Made by a program: the position numbers and the translations under genes. The notes below the pieces were generated by a model. That model was not told the DNA's origin. It worked only from the letters and a program-made list of their open reading frames with translations, and searched no databases. Positions 1-10,874 of a DNA stretch of 64,000 bases are shown here, in pieces (the first letter of the stretch is position 1; the number at the start of each line of letters is the position of its first letter). Source of the DNA: Mobula hypostoma (taxonomy: Eukaryota). The DNA lies in assembly GCF_963921235.1 (NCBI RefSeq), contig NC_086097.1:256310001-256374000 (forward strand), read 5' to 3'.

Positions 1-502
1 GGCCGGATTGGGCAAAATGCGACTTCACGCAGGCTGGATCAGTTGTGCACGCGTGCTCCCACAGCTTTCATTGCCTTCGTTTTTTCAACCTGCTCTCATG
101 TATCTCAGTCTCTGCTATAACTACAAAGTGTTTCCCTTTACGAATTTCATTTCTTATGAAGAAGATTGCCTAGCAAGCATTATTTTTATGATTGGTATTA
201 ACTTACAGTCGTAGGCTACAAAAAAGTTGTGATGAGAGAGAGAAAAATCGATGCTATTTTGGCTAAGATTGTTTTGGGAGCCACACCCTTTCCATTAATA
301 AACCATTTGAAATCGAACATTAGTAGACACAAATGTAGACCTAACAAAACAAATGGTAAATGTAGGCTACACAACTACACCTAATTTTTATTAGCCTGCT
401 TCCAGCAATCAAACTCAGACAATGAACACAGTTAGCCTCTAATTCTTATTGAAGTGATCACATTTACAATAATAGAATAGTCAGAAAATGAATCACAATA
501 TT

Positions 503-2906
503 ATGACACTGTCAAAGGCAAAGTGAATAGGAATAAGGAGCCTTGGTTCTCAAGGGATATTGCAACTCTGATAAAGAAGAGAGAGTTGTACAACATGTAT
601 AGGAAACAGGGAGTAAATAATGTGCTTGAGGAGTATAAAAAGTGCAAGAAAATACTTAAGAAGGAAACCAGGAAGGCTAAAAGAAGACATGAGGTTGCCT
701 TGGCAGTCAAAGTGAAGGACAATCCAAAGAGCTTTTACAGGTATGTTAAGAGTAAAAGGATTGTAAGGGATAAAATTGAGGGATATTACGATTGAGGAAC
801 GTGTTTGTAGACTGGATATTGAACTTTTTGCTGTTGGACTTCGGCCATATTCCACCGAGATACAACACTGGGCGGCACAGGAGGTTGTTCCTGCTTGTGG
901 CCATCAAACTTTGCAGCTCCTCCCGTGAAGGGTCAGACACCCTGAGCCAATAGGCTGGGCCTGGACTTATTTTCCATCTGGCATAGTTTGCACTTTGTTG
1001 TTTGATTGTTTGTGGTTTTTGTATTGCTATATTTATGCTCTATTCTTGGTTGGTGCGGCTGTAACGAAACCCAATTTCCCTCGGGATCAATAAAGTATAT
1101 CTATCTATCTATCGATCTAAAATTGGTCCTCTTCAAGATCAGAGTGGTCGACTATGTGTGGAACCAAAAGAAATGGCGGAGATCTTAAATGGGTTTTTTG
1201 CGTCCGAATTTACTAAGGAAACTGGCATGAAGTCTATGGAATTAAGGGAAACAAGTAGTGAGATCATGGAAACTGTACAGATTGAAAAGGAGGAGGTGCT
1301 TGCTATCTTGAGGAAAATTAAAGTGGATAAATTGCCAGGACCTGACAGGGTGTTCCCTCAGACTTTGACGGGACTAGTGTTGAAACTGCAGGGGCCCTGG
1401 CAGAAATATTTAAAATGTCAGTGTCTACGGGTGAGGTGCCGGAGGATTGGAGAGTGGCTCATGTTGTTCCGTTGTTTAAAAAAGGATCGAAAAGTAATCC
1501 GGGAAATTATAGGCCGGTAAATTTGACGTCGGTAGTGGGTAAGTTATTGGAGGGAGTACTAAGAGACAGAATCTACAAGCTTTTGGAGAGACAAGGACTT
1601 ATTAGGGAGAGTCAACATGGCTTTGTGCACGGTAGGTCATGTTTGACCAATCTATTGGAGTTTTTCGAGGAGGTTACCAGGAAAGTGGATGAAGGGAAGG
1701 CAGTGGATGTTGTGTACATGGACTTCAGTAAGGCCTTTGACAAGGTCCCGCATGGGAGGTTAGTTAGGAAAATTCAGTCACTAGGTATACATGGAGAGGT
1801 GGTAAATTGGATTAGACATTGGCTCAATGAAAGAAGCCAAAGAGTGGTAGTAGAGAATTGCCTCTCAGAGTGGAGGCCTGTGATTAGTGGTGTGCCACAG
1901 GGATCAGTGCTGGGTCCATTGTTATTTGTCATCTATATCAATGATTTGGATGATAATGTGGTGAATTGGATCAGCAAATTTGCTGATGATACAAAGATTG
2001 GCGGTGTAGTAGACAGTGAGGAAGGTTTTCAGAGCCCGCAGAGGGACTTGGATTGGACCAGCTGGAAAAATGGGCTGAAAAATGGCAGATGGAGTTTAAT
2101 ACAGACAAGTGTGAGGTTTTGCATTTTGGAAGGACAAACCAAGGTAGAACAAACAGGGTAAATGGTAAGGCACTGAGGAGTGCAGTAGAACAGAGGGATC
2201 TGGGAATAGATACAAAATTCCCTAAAAGTGGCGTCACAGGTAGATAGGGTCGTAAAGAGAGCTTTTGGTACATTGGCCTTTATTAATCAAAGTATTGAGT
2301 ATAAGAGCTGGAATGTTATGATGAGGTTGTATAAGGCATTGGTGAGGCCAAATCTGGAGTATTGTGTTCAGTTTTGGTCACCAAATTACAGGAAGGATAT
2401 AAATAAGGTTGAAAGGGTACAGAGAAGGTTTACAAGAATGTTGCTGGGACTTGAGAAACTCAGTTACAGAGAAAGGTTGAATAGGTTAGGACTTTATTCC
2501 CTGGAGTGTAGAAGAATGAGGGGAGATTTGATAGAGGTATATAAAATTATGATGGGTATAGATAGAGTGAATGCAAGCAGGCTTTTTCCACTGAGGTAAG
2601 TGGAGAAAAAAACCAGAGGACGTGGGTTAAGGGTGGGGGGGGTGGAGTTTAAAGGGAACATTAGCGGGGGGTCTTCTTCACACAGAGAGTGGTGGGAGTG
2701 CGGAATGAGCTGCCAGAGTAGGTGGTAAATGCGGGTTCTTCTTTAACATTTAAGAATAAATTGGACAGATACATGGATGGGAGGTGTATGGAGGGATATG
2801 GTCCGTGTGCAGGTTAGTGGGACTAGGCAGAAAATGGTTCGGCACAGCCAAAAAGGGCCAAAAGGCCTGTTTCTGTGCTGTAGTTTTTCTATGGTTTCTA
2901 TGGTTT
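503..2906 (+). mobile_element. 5'-truncated CR1 LINE (ORF2 tether + RT + C-terminus, frameshifted) with 3' tail
   Basis: Motifs [59 protein letters not shown] and LEYCVQFWSP. 3' tail (TTTCTATGG)n ends about 2906. Flanked by CAATATT at 496-502 and 2907-2913. Confidence 0.95.
779..1117 (+). mobile_element. Short internally deleted Rex1/Babar-like LINE inserted in the CR1
   Basis: TSD TAAAATTG at 771-778 and 1118-1125; removing the insert restores the CR1 frame (RDKIGPLQDQSGRLCVEPKEM). The insert encodes RDITIEERVCRLDIELFAVGLRPY (endonuclease-like) joined to PRYNTGRHRRLFLLVAIKLCSS (C-terminus-like) and ends in AATAAAGTATA(TCTA)n. Confidence 0.8.
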
Positions 2907-2967
2907 CAATATTTCATAATGCATTTTGCTTACATGACGCAGTGCATTGAACAGTGTCACTCATTTT

Positions 2968-4791
2968 TCACTTGCTGCTTCCAGACACCTGACATCTCTT
3001 GGCTTTAACCAGCCTGTCAACATCACGGACCAGTTGCTGGGCAGTTGTGATTTTCATAATGTCATTTAGATGTCTGTGTGTCAGCTGTGAGCGCAGTTTG
3101 GATTTGTTAATGTTCATTATGGAGAACGCCTGCTCACAGAGATATGTTGTCCCGAACATGCAAAGGATCTTTGAGGCAAAGTCTGTCATCTTGGGGTACA
3201 TCGGTCCCAGGTATTGATAAAATGAGTCCAGACCCACAGTCTCAAATTTATATTTCAAAGCCGAGTTACACTGAATTTCAGTTAGTTCCATTTGGAGTTC
3301 CTCTGGCACATCTGATGCTGCGTTGACGGCAAACAGTGAGCAAAATAGTGAGAATTCCTTCTCAAGCTGAGTGAAGACTTGGAAACGATTCTGAAACTCA
3401 CTTTTCAGCCGTGATATTTTGTCCTTGTACCTGTCCATGTTGTCATTATTCCCACGAGTGACACGCACAGACTGCAAAGAGGGGAAATGAGCTGGGTTGC
3501 TCGGGGATAGCTGCATCTCCCACAGGCCTAATTTAATTTGAAAGGCACAAATGCTGTTGTAGTATTCAGTAACAAGTTTGCTGCAGCCTTGCATGTTAAC
3601 ATTAAGCACATTTAAGTGCTCTGTTATATCCACCAAAAATGCAAGATCATGAAGCCAGTCTGGGTCATCCAACTCTGCCACTGATTCATGAATAGTCCCT
3701 TTCTCATTCATGAATAGTCCAATTTCCGCACATAAATGGAAAAAATCTTTGAGCACAACCCCTCTGCTCAACCAGCGGACTTCAGTGTGGTAGTGTAGGT
3801 CGTGTCCAATATTACTTTTGGACAAAAGAGTGTCAAATTGCTGATGGTTGAGTCCCTTGGCTCTAATAAAATTAACCGTTTTGATCACTACATCCATGAC
3901 ATTGTCCATTTTCAGGCTCCTGCTACATAACGCCTCTTGGTGTACAATGCAATGAAAATTCCAGAATTCCTGCTCTGGATTCCCTGTCTGAACTTTCTCT
4001 CTGAGTTTCACAACAACACCTGCCTTTTTCCCGACCATGGACGGTGCGCCATCTGTTGCCACGCTGACAGCGTGACCCCAGTCAACCTCCAGTCTGTCCA
4101 AGACCTCGACCAGGCTGGAGAAAATGTCGTTTGCCGTTGTGGTGTTTGTCATGAGCACCATCTCCACAAACTCCTCGGTGACGGTCAAAGATGCATCAAC
4201 ACCACGAATAAATATTCCCATTTGAACAACATCAGTAACATCGGAGCTCTTATCAATTGCAATAGAGAAGGCAATAAATGACTTCACTTTGTCTTTTAGT
4301 TGACAGTTCAAATCTCCTGCAAGGTCCCCGATCCTCTCTGCCACAGTATTTCTTGACAAGCTGATACTACCAAAAGCCTGTCTCTTCTCAGGGCACACCA
4401 CCTCAGCCGCCGTCAGCATGCATGCTTTGATGAATTCCCCCTCTGAGTATGGCTTCGATGCAGCAGCTATTTTGTTGGCAATAATATAGCTGGCCCCGAC
4501 AGCTCCATCATGAGTCTCTCGACTTTTGGTGAACACTGATTGCTGTTTTTTCAGAGCTGCTTCAAGCTCGTTTACCTTTTGCATTCTGAGTCATCCTGCG
4601 TACTTGTCATATTTTTCTCCGTGTGACGTCTCATAGTGTCGTTTGATATTGTATTCTTTTGCCACAGCCACTTGTTGCCAGCATATCAGACACACAGGTT
4701 TGCCATTGACCTCACAGAAGAAAAAACGATCTTTCCAATTATCGTTGAATATCTGATCTTCGATGTCAACTTTTCTTTTCTTGGAAAGCAT
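2968..4791 (-). pseudogene. hAT transposase (GTF2IRD2/ZBED5/SPIN-like), 607 codons with one in-frame TGA at 4593-4591
   Basis: N-terminal KKRKV NLS-like stretch and BED-type finger CLIC...RHYETSH. Catalytic-region motifs FSIAIDKSSD, TDGAPSMVG, HCIVHQEALC, RWLSRG and TTYLCEQAFS. ORFs 4591-4809 and 2968-4584 are in the same frame (GGA TGA CTC AGA ATG). Confidence 0.92.
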
Positions 4792-5130
4792 TTTGAACAA
4801 CAGCAGCAAACAGTCTCAGCCTTGCTACAGGTGTTACTTACCTGAGTACTCTGTCAGAGTACCCTGTGTCTGACGACGTAAGTGGGACCCTAGTGGTCTT
4901 CAGTGCGGAGTGGTAGGTGCTTATGCACAGCGGGTGGTTAACTGCCGCCTATTGTTTTCTAAGTACACACAGCAAGCTGCTGGCGCAGCAGGCAGCACAG
5001 ACAGCAGTGGGAGAGAGAGCGGCTGCCGTACAGATACATAATAAATGGTCATGAATATACATTTTTTTCCCCAAATCATCCCGCAGGCCAGATTGGACCC
5101 CTTTCACGGGCCGGTAGTTTGAAAACCCTG

Positions 5131-6931
5131 CCCTATAGGTTAACCTCCAGGTTAAGTCGGTGGTGAAGAAGGAGAATGCAATGTTGGCATTCATTTCTAG
5201 AGGTATAGAACGTAAGAGCAGGGATGTGATGCTGAGCCTCTATAAGGCACTCGTGAGACCACACCTAGAGTATTGTGTGCAGTTTTGGGCTCCTTATTTT
5301 AGAAAGGATAACCATATAACCGTATAACAATTACAGCACGGAAACAGGTCATCTCGGCCCTTCTAGTTCATGCCGAACTCTTACTCTCACCTAGTCCCAC
5401 TGGCCTACACTCAGCCCATAATCCTCCATTCCTTTCCTGTCCATATATCTCTCCAATTTAACTTTAAATGACAACATCGAACCTGCCTCAACCACTTCTG
5501 TTGGAAGCTCATTCCACACAGCTACCACTATCTGAGTAAAGAAGTTCCCCCTCATGTTACCCCTAAACTTTTGCCCTTTCACTCTCAACTCTTGTTTGAA
5601 TCTCCCCCACTCTCAATGGAAAAAGCCTATCCGTGTCAACTCTATCTATCCCCCTCATAATTTTAAATACCTCTATCAAGTCCCCCCTCAACCTTCTATG
5701 CTCCAAAGAATAAAGACCCAACTTGTTCAACCTTTCTCTGTAATTTAAGTGATGAAACCCAGGCAACATTCTAGTAAATCTTCTCTGTACTCTCTCTATT
5801 TTGTTGACATCTTTCCTATAATTCGGTGACCAGAACTGTATACAATATTCCAAATTTGGCCTTACCACTGCCTTGTATAATTTCAACATTACATCCCAAC
5901 TCCTATACTCAATGCTCTTTTATAAAGGCCAGCATACCTAAAGCTTTCTTCACCACCCTATCCACATGAAATTCCACCTTCAGGGAACTAGGCACCATTA
6001 TTCCTAGATCCCTCTCTTCTACTGCATTCTTCAATGCCCTACCATTTACCATGTATGTCCTATTTTGATTAGTCCTACCAAAATGTAGCACCTCACATTT
6101 ATCAGCATTAAACTCCATCTGCCATCTTTCATCCCACTCTTCTAAATGGCCCAAATCTCAATGCAAGCTTTGAAAACCTACTTCATTATCCACAACTCCA
6201 CCTATCTTAGTATCATCTGCATACTTACTAATCCAATTTACCACTCCATCATCCAGATCATTAATGTATATGACAAACAACATTGGACCCCGTACAGATC
6301 CCTGAGGCACACCACTAGTCGCCGGCCTCCAATCTGACAAACAGTTATCCACCACTACTCTCTGGCGTCTCCCATCCAACCACTGCTGAATCCATTTTAC
6401 TACTTCAATATTAATACCTAACTGACATTGGAGAGGTTTCAGAGAAGATTCACAAGAATAATTCCAGGAGTGAGAGGGTTACCGTATGAAGAACCTCTGG
6501 CAGCTCTTGGGCTGTATTCCCTGTTCAGGAAAATGAGGGAGGATCTCATAGAAATATTCCAACCGTTAAAAGGTCTGAACAGATTAGATATGGCAAAGTT
6601 ATTTCCCATGGTAGGGGATTCTAGGCCAAGAGGGCACGACTTCAGGATTGAAGGACATCCATTTAGAACTGAGATGTGGAGAAATTACTTTAGTCAGAGG
6701 GTGGTAAATCTGTGGAATTTGTTGCCAGGAGCGGCTGTGGAGGCCAAGTCATTGGGTGTATTTAAGGCAGAGATAAATAGTTTCTTGATTAGCCAGAGCA
6801 TCAAAGGGTATGGGGAGAAGGCAGGGTAGTGGGGATGACTGGAAGAATTGGATCAGCCCATGATTGAATGGCAGAGCAGACGCAATGGGCCTAACGGACT
6901 GCTTCTGCTCCTATATTTTATGGTCTTATGG
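5131..6931 (+). mobile_element. CR1 LINE 3' part (host of the hAT), split by an antisense CR1 at about 5311-6420
   Basis: 5139-5310 encodes the RPHLEYCVQFWAPYFRKD region, which resumes at 6421 (TLERFQRRFTRIIPG). The 3' tail TTATGGTCTTATGG ends about 6931. Confidence 0.85.
5311..6420 (-). mobile_element. 5'-truncated CR1 LINE
   Basis: ORFs 6158-6379 (GVPQGSVRGP, YADDTK), 5909-6154 (WQMEFNADKCEV), 5563-5889 and 5391-5588. The tail repeat ACCATATAACCGTATAAC is at 5311. Confidence 0.92.
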
Positions 6932-7937
6932 GTCAGTGCTGGGCCTGCAACTGTTCATGATATATATTACTGATCTGGAAGAGGGGACCAAGCTAATATA
7001 TTGAAGTTTGCTGATGATACAAAATTGAGTGGAAAACCAGATTGTGCAGAAGGTACTGAGAGTCTGCAGAGAGATATAGATAGGTTAAGTGAGTGGGCAA
7101 GGGTCTGGCAGATGGTGTACAATGTTGGTAAATGCAAGGAACACTTTAGAAGGAAAAACAGAAGAGCAGATTGTTATTTAAATGGTAAAAATTGTATCAT
7201 GTTGCTGTGTAGAGGGACTTGGGAGTGCTTGTGGATAAATCACAAAAGGTTGGTTTACAACTGCAGCAGGCTATCAAGAAGGCATATCCAATGTTAGCCT
7301 TCATTGCAGAGGGATTGAATTTAAGAGAAGGAAGGTTGTGCTGCAACTGTACAGGGTACTGGTGAGGTTACACCTGGAGTACTGCGAACAATTCTGGTCT
7401 CCTTAACTGAGGAAGGATATACTGACTTTGGAGGTGGTGCGGAGGGGGTTCACCGGGTTGATTCCAGAGATGAGGGGTTAGACTATGAGGAGAGATTGAA
7501 TCACCTGGGACTGTATTTGCTGGAATTCAGAAGAATGAGAGGAGATCTTATAGAAACATATAAAATCATGAAAGGGGTAGGTAAGATAATAGGCAGGAAA
7601 GTTGTTTCCACTGGTAGGTGATACTAGAACTAGGGGACAAAGCCTCAAAATTCAGGGGAGTAGATTTGGGCAGAGATGAAGTGGAACTGCTTTCCCCAGA
7701 GAAGTGCTGAATCTGTGGAATTCTCTGCCCAATGAAGCAGTGGAGGCTACCTCAGTAAATATATTTAAGACAAGGTTGGATAGATTTTTGCATAGTAGGG
7801 GAATTAACGGTTTATGGGGAAAAGGGAAGGTACGTGGAGATGAGTCCGTGGCAAGAGCAGCCATGATCTTATTGAATGGTGGAGCAGGCTTGACAGGACA
7901 GATGGCCTACTACCATTCTTATTTCTTATGTTCTTAT
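6932..7937 (+). mobile_element. Degenerate CR1 LINE 3' fragment
   Basis: GSVLG...FADDTKL (ORF 7001-7297) and NLWNSLP (ORF 7704-7955). Tail TTCTTATGTTCTTAT at about 7923-7937. Confidence 0.88.
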
Positions 7938-8245
7938 CTATCATTTAAATCATGATATACAGCAGAAAAAGTAGACCCAATACCAACTCCTGCTGGCAGC
8001 CAATCAGAAAAGGATCCTTTTATTCACACTCACTGTGTCCTACCAATCATCCAATGCTCTAACCATACCAGTAACCTTCCAGTAATACCATGGGCCCTTA
8101 ACTTAGTAAGCAGCCTCACGTGTGGCAGCTTGTCGAAGGCCTTCTGAAAGTCCAAAAATAGAACATCCACTGCATGCCCTTTATCTATCCTACGAGTAAC
8201 CTCCTCAAAGAATTCCAACAGCTTTGTCAGGCAAGATTTTACCTG
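7938..8245 (-). mobile_element. CR1 RT internal fragment
   Basis: KSCLTKLLEFFEEVT...DFQKAFDKLPHVRLLTKL in ORF 8030-8275. Confidence 0.85.
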
Positions 8246-8259
8246 ATGGATGGGAATGA

Positions 8260-8711
8260 AGGGAGGCTTTTCCACAGGGATCTGTGTTTCGACAAATTCT
8301 TGTTACGTTATATATCAATAATTTCATTGACGCAATTGATGGCTTTGTTGCAAAGTTTGCAAATGATACAAAAATAGGTGGAGGGGCAGGTATCTTTGTG
8401 GATGTAGAGAGGCTACAGGAGAACTTAGATTTGGAGAATGTGCAAAGAAGTAGCAGATGGAATACAGTGTCAAGAAGTGTGTGGTCATGCACTTGGGTAG
8501 AAGAAATAAAAGGGTAGACTATTTTCCAAATAGAGAGACAATACAAAAATCTGAGGTGAAATTGGGAGCCCTTGTGCAGGATTCCCTGAAGGTTAATTTC
8601 CAGGTTGTGGTGAGGAAGGCAATGACATGTTAGCATTAATTTCAAGAGGATGAGATGATAAAAGCAAGGATGTAATGTTGAGGCTTTGTAAAAGCACTGG
8701 CAAGGCCTCAC
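8260..8711 (+). mobile_element. Old degenerate CR1 RT fragment
   Basis: PQGSV-like sequence, LYINNFIDAIDGFVAKFANDTKIGG, then degenerate downstream RT sequence. Confidence 0.75.
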
Positions 8712-9675
8712 ATCTCCTCTGTACCTACTTCCAAGCACCTTAAGACTGTTAGCCAATTCAGCCCTGGGAAAAAGCCTCTGACTCTACACATAAGCAATGC
8801 CTCTCACATCTTATACACCTCTATCAGGTCACCTCTCATCCTCCGCCGCTCCAAGGAGAAAAGCTGAGTTCACTCAACCTATTCTCAGAAGGCAAGCTCC
8901 CCAATCCAGGAAGCATCCTTGTAAATCTTCTCTGCACCCTTTCTGTGGTTTCCACATCCTTCCTGAGTGAGGTGACCAGAACTGAGCACAGTACTCCAAA
9001 TGAGGTCTGACCAGGGTCCTATATAGCTTTAACATTACCTCTCGGCTCTTAAACTCAATCCCACCATATGCCTTCCTAACCACAAAGCTGCTACGTAGGT
9101 TGACTATGAGTGTCCTATGGACTCAGACCCCAAGATCCCTCAGATCCTCCACATTGCCAAGAGGCTCACCATTAATACTATATTCTGCCATCATATTTGA
9201 CCTACCAAAATGAACCACCTCACACTTATCTGGGTTGAACTCCATCTGCCACTTCTCAGCCCAGTTTTGCATCCTATCGATGTCCTGCTGTAACCTCTGA
9301 CAGCCCTCCACACTATCCACAACACCCCGAACCTTAACCCATCCCTTACAGCTTTGTATCATCAGCAAATTTACTAACCCATCCCTCTACATCCTCATTA
9401 AGGTCATTTATAAGAACCACGAAGAGAAGGGGACCCAGAACAGATCCCTGAGGCATATCACTGGTGACCAACCTCCATGCGAATATGACCTATCTACAAC
9501 CACTCTTTGCCTTCTGTGAGCAGCCAATTCTGGATCCACAAAGCAATGTCCCCTTGGATCCCATGCCTCCTTACTTTCTCAATAAGCCTTGCATGGGGTA
9601 CCTTATCGAATGCCTTGCTGAAATCCATATACACTACATCTACTGCTCTACCTTTATCAATGTGTTTAGTCACAT
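8712..9675 (-). mobile_element. Degenerate CR1 fragment
   Basis: ORFs 8874-9083 (RPHLEYCAQFWSPH) and 9123-9368 (WQMEFNPDKCEVVHFG). Similar in sequence to the copy at 13347-14420. Confidence 0.88.
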
Positions 9676-9925
9676 AGTAACCCTTTCCTTCCCAGAATCA
9701 TCCTCTTAAACCTCCACTGGACTCCCTTCAATGACAACACATACTTTCTGAGATATAGGGCCTAAACTGTTGACAATACTCCAAGTGTGGTTTGACGAGT
9801 GTTCTATAAAGCCTCAGTATTATCTTCTTGCTTATAAGTTCTAATCATCTTGAAATAAATGCCAACATTGCATTCGCCTTCTTTACCACAAAGTACCATT
9901 AAGTTCATCTGCCATTTCTAGGTCC
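9676..9925 (-). mobile_element. Old CR1 fragment
   Basis: The minus strand reads like the LYRTLVKPHLEYCQQFRPYIS region (+ strand gacaatactccaagtgtggtttgacgagtgttctataaagcc). Confidence 0.65.
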
Positions 9926-9959
9926 CCCATTATTACCTCACCAGCCTAATTTTCTTGTA

Positions 9960-10230
9960 GTCTTCTCGCCCCGCCCACTTCCCCCGCCACCACTCCCCCT
10001 CCGTCTCCAACTTCCCCCCTCCTTCTCCCTGCACACCTCCCATTCCGCCTATCCTCCCCCTCCTTGCCCCGCCCCATCCACTCTCCCCTCACCTGCCTCC
10101 ACTCTCTCACTCTCCCCTACCTACCTCCCTCCCTCCTCTACACTCTCTCCTCCGTCTCCACTTTCCCTTTCCTCCTCCTCTCTCTGCTCCTGACTTCCCC
10201 ACCGACGCCTGTCTCTCTCCTCTGCTCCAC
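9960..10230. repeat. C/T-rich polypyrimidine low-complexity tract (G-rich on the minus strand)
   Basis: Many C4-C6 runs and CT/CCT repeats. Confidence 0.85.
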
Positions 10231-10324
10231 ACTGCTCCGTTGCCTCAGTGAACACCGCCTGCACCCACCTGGCAGCCCTTCTTGTGGTGGAAGCCAACCA
10301 CCACAATGTGTAACACGACCAGTT

Positions 10325-10480
10325 TAGCCGGGCACTCCTCCATTCCCAGCAGCCGCTTCCTCCTCCGGCCGAGCGTCAGTGCGTCATCGCGTCCACACGT
10401 CTTACCGGGAACGTAGTCCGTTCCATAATGCGTCCGGACTCCGGAGCAATGTTTGTTTGTCGAAGGCGGCGCGCAGAAGG
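10325..10480. promoter_or_regulatory. Small CpG-dense promoter-like element
   Basis: About 19 CpG in about 150 bp against a CpG-poor background. Motif look-alikes: GCTTCC (ETS core on the minus strand), CGTCA twice (CRE half-sites), ACTACGTTCCC on the minus strand, and TTCCCAGCAGCC / TTCCATAATGC (ZNF143/THAP11-like, imperfect). Confidence 0.45.
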
Positions 10481-10640
10481 TGCTGGACCGACTCAGCAGT
10501 TTACGAAGCAGTCATGGAAGAGAGTGAGCAGTCGACCGTTTACTCTTTTCCACAGATGCTGCCTAAACTGCTGAGTTCCCTCTGTATTTTGTGTGTGTTG
10601 ATTTAGATTTACAGCAACTGCAGATTTTCTTGAGTTTGCA
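10474..10640. repeat. Imperfect inverted repeat centred on GTCGAC (10531-10536), probably a collapsed interspersed repeat (Penelope-terminal/MITE-like)
   Basis: The left arm ACTCAGCAGTTTACGAAGCAGTCATGGAAGAGAGTGAGCAGTC pairs with the right arm GACCGTTTACTCTTTTCCACAGATGCTGCCTAAACTGCTGAGT. The family assignment is from recall only. Confidence 0.7.
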
Positions 10641-10874
10641 ATATCCGTCGAGCCGTGACGGAGCGTGGGATGTTTCTGCCAACATGGAGTGACTGTGGCC
10701 TTTCTGTCAATACCAGGATCCAATTACAGAAAGATTTGTTGAGGACAATTTACTGACCAGCTACTGAGGGATGTTCGTATTAAACGCGGATCTGAAATCA
10801 ATAAATAGCGTCCTGGGATATGAGGCACCATTTTGCAGTTAGGACAGGACGAAATGGAGGGCAGAGGCTATAGA

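Larger units (their letters stand above)
1..5130 (-). mobile_element. hAT-superfamily DNA transposon (Charlie/SPIN/OC1-like), interrupted by a CR1 at 503-2906; the other terminus lies just upstream of the window
   Basis: Transposase at 2968-4791. The terminus at 5130 reads CAGGGTTTTCAAACTACCGGCCCG on the minus strand, a Charlie-type TIR, and is followed by the 8-mer CCCTATAG with central TA (candidate TSD). Bases 1-502 rejoin 2914 once the CR1 with TSD CAATATT is removed. The window starts with GGCCGGATTG, which resembles the subterminal GGCCAGATTGG near 5086. Confidence 0.85.

Noticed and set aside
2968..4584. Host gene GTF2IRD2/ZBED-type domesticated transposase
   Set aside because: It retains a TIR and a candidate TSD, is inserted within a CR1 and has an in-frame stop, so it is a transposon copy.
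4591..4593. TGA as selenocysteine or programmed readthrough
   Set aside because: No supporting evidence. The position is a variable linker, and a simple nonsense mutation in a decaying TE is more parsimonious.
10474..10640. Hammerhead ribozyme or pre-miRNA
   Set aside because: No CTGANGA...GAAA core is present here, and the hairpin is best explained as a repeat-derived palindrome.
10064..10723. Short ORFs 10064-10327, 10121-10306, 10379-10606 and 10493-10723 as genes
   Set aside because: They are low-complexity or repeat-derived translations with no recognisable domain.
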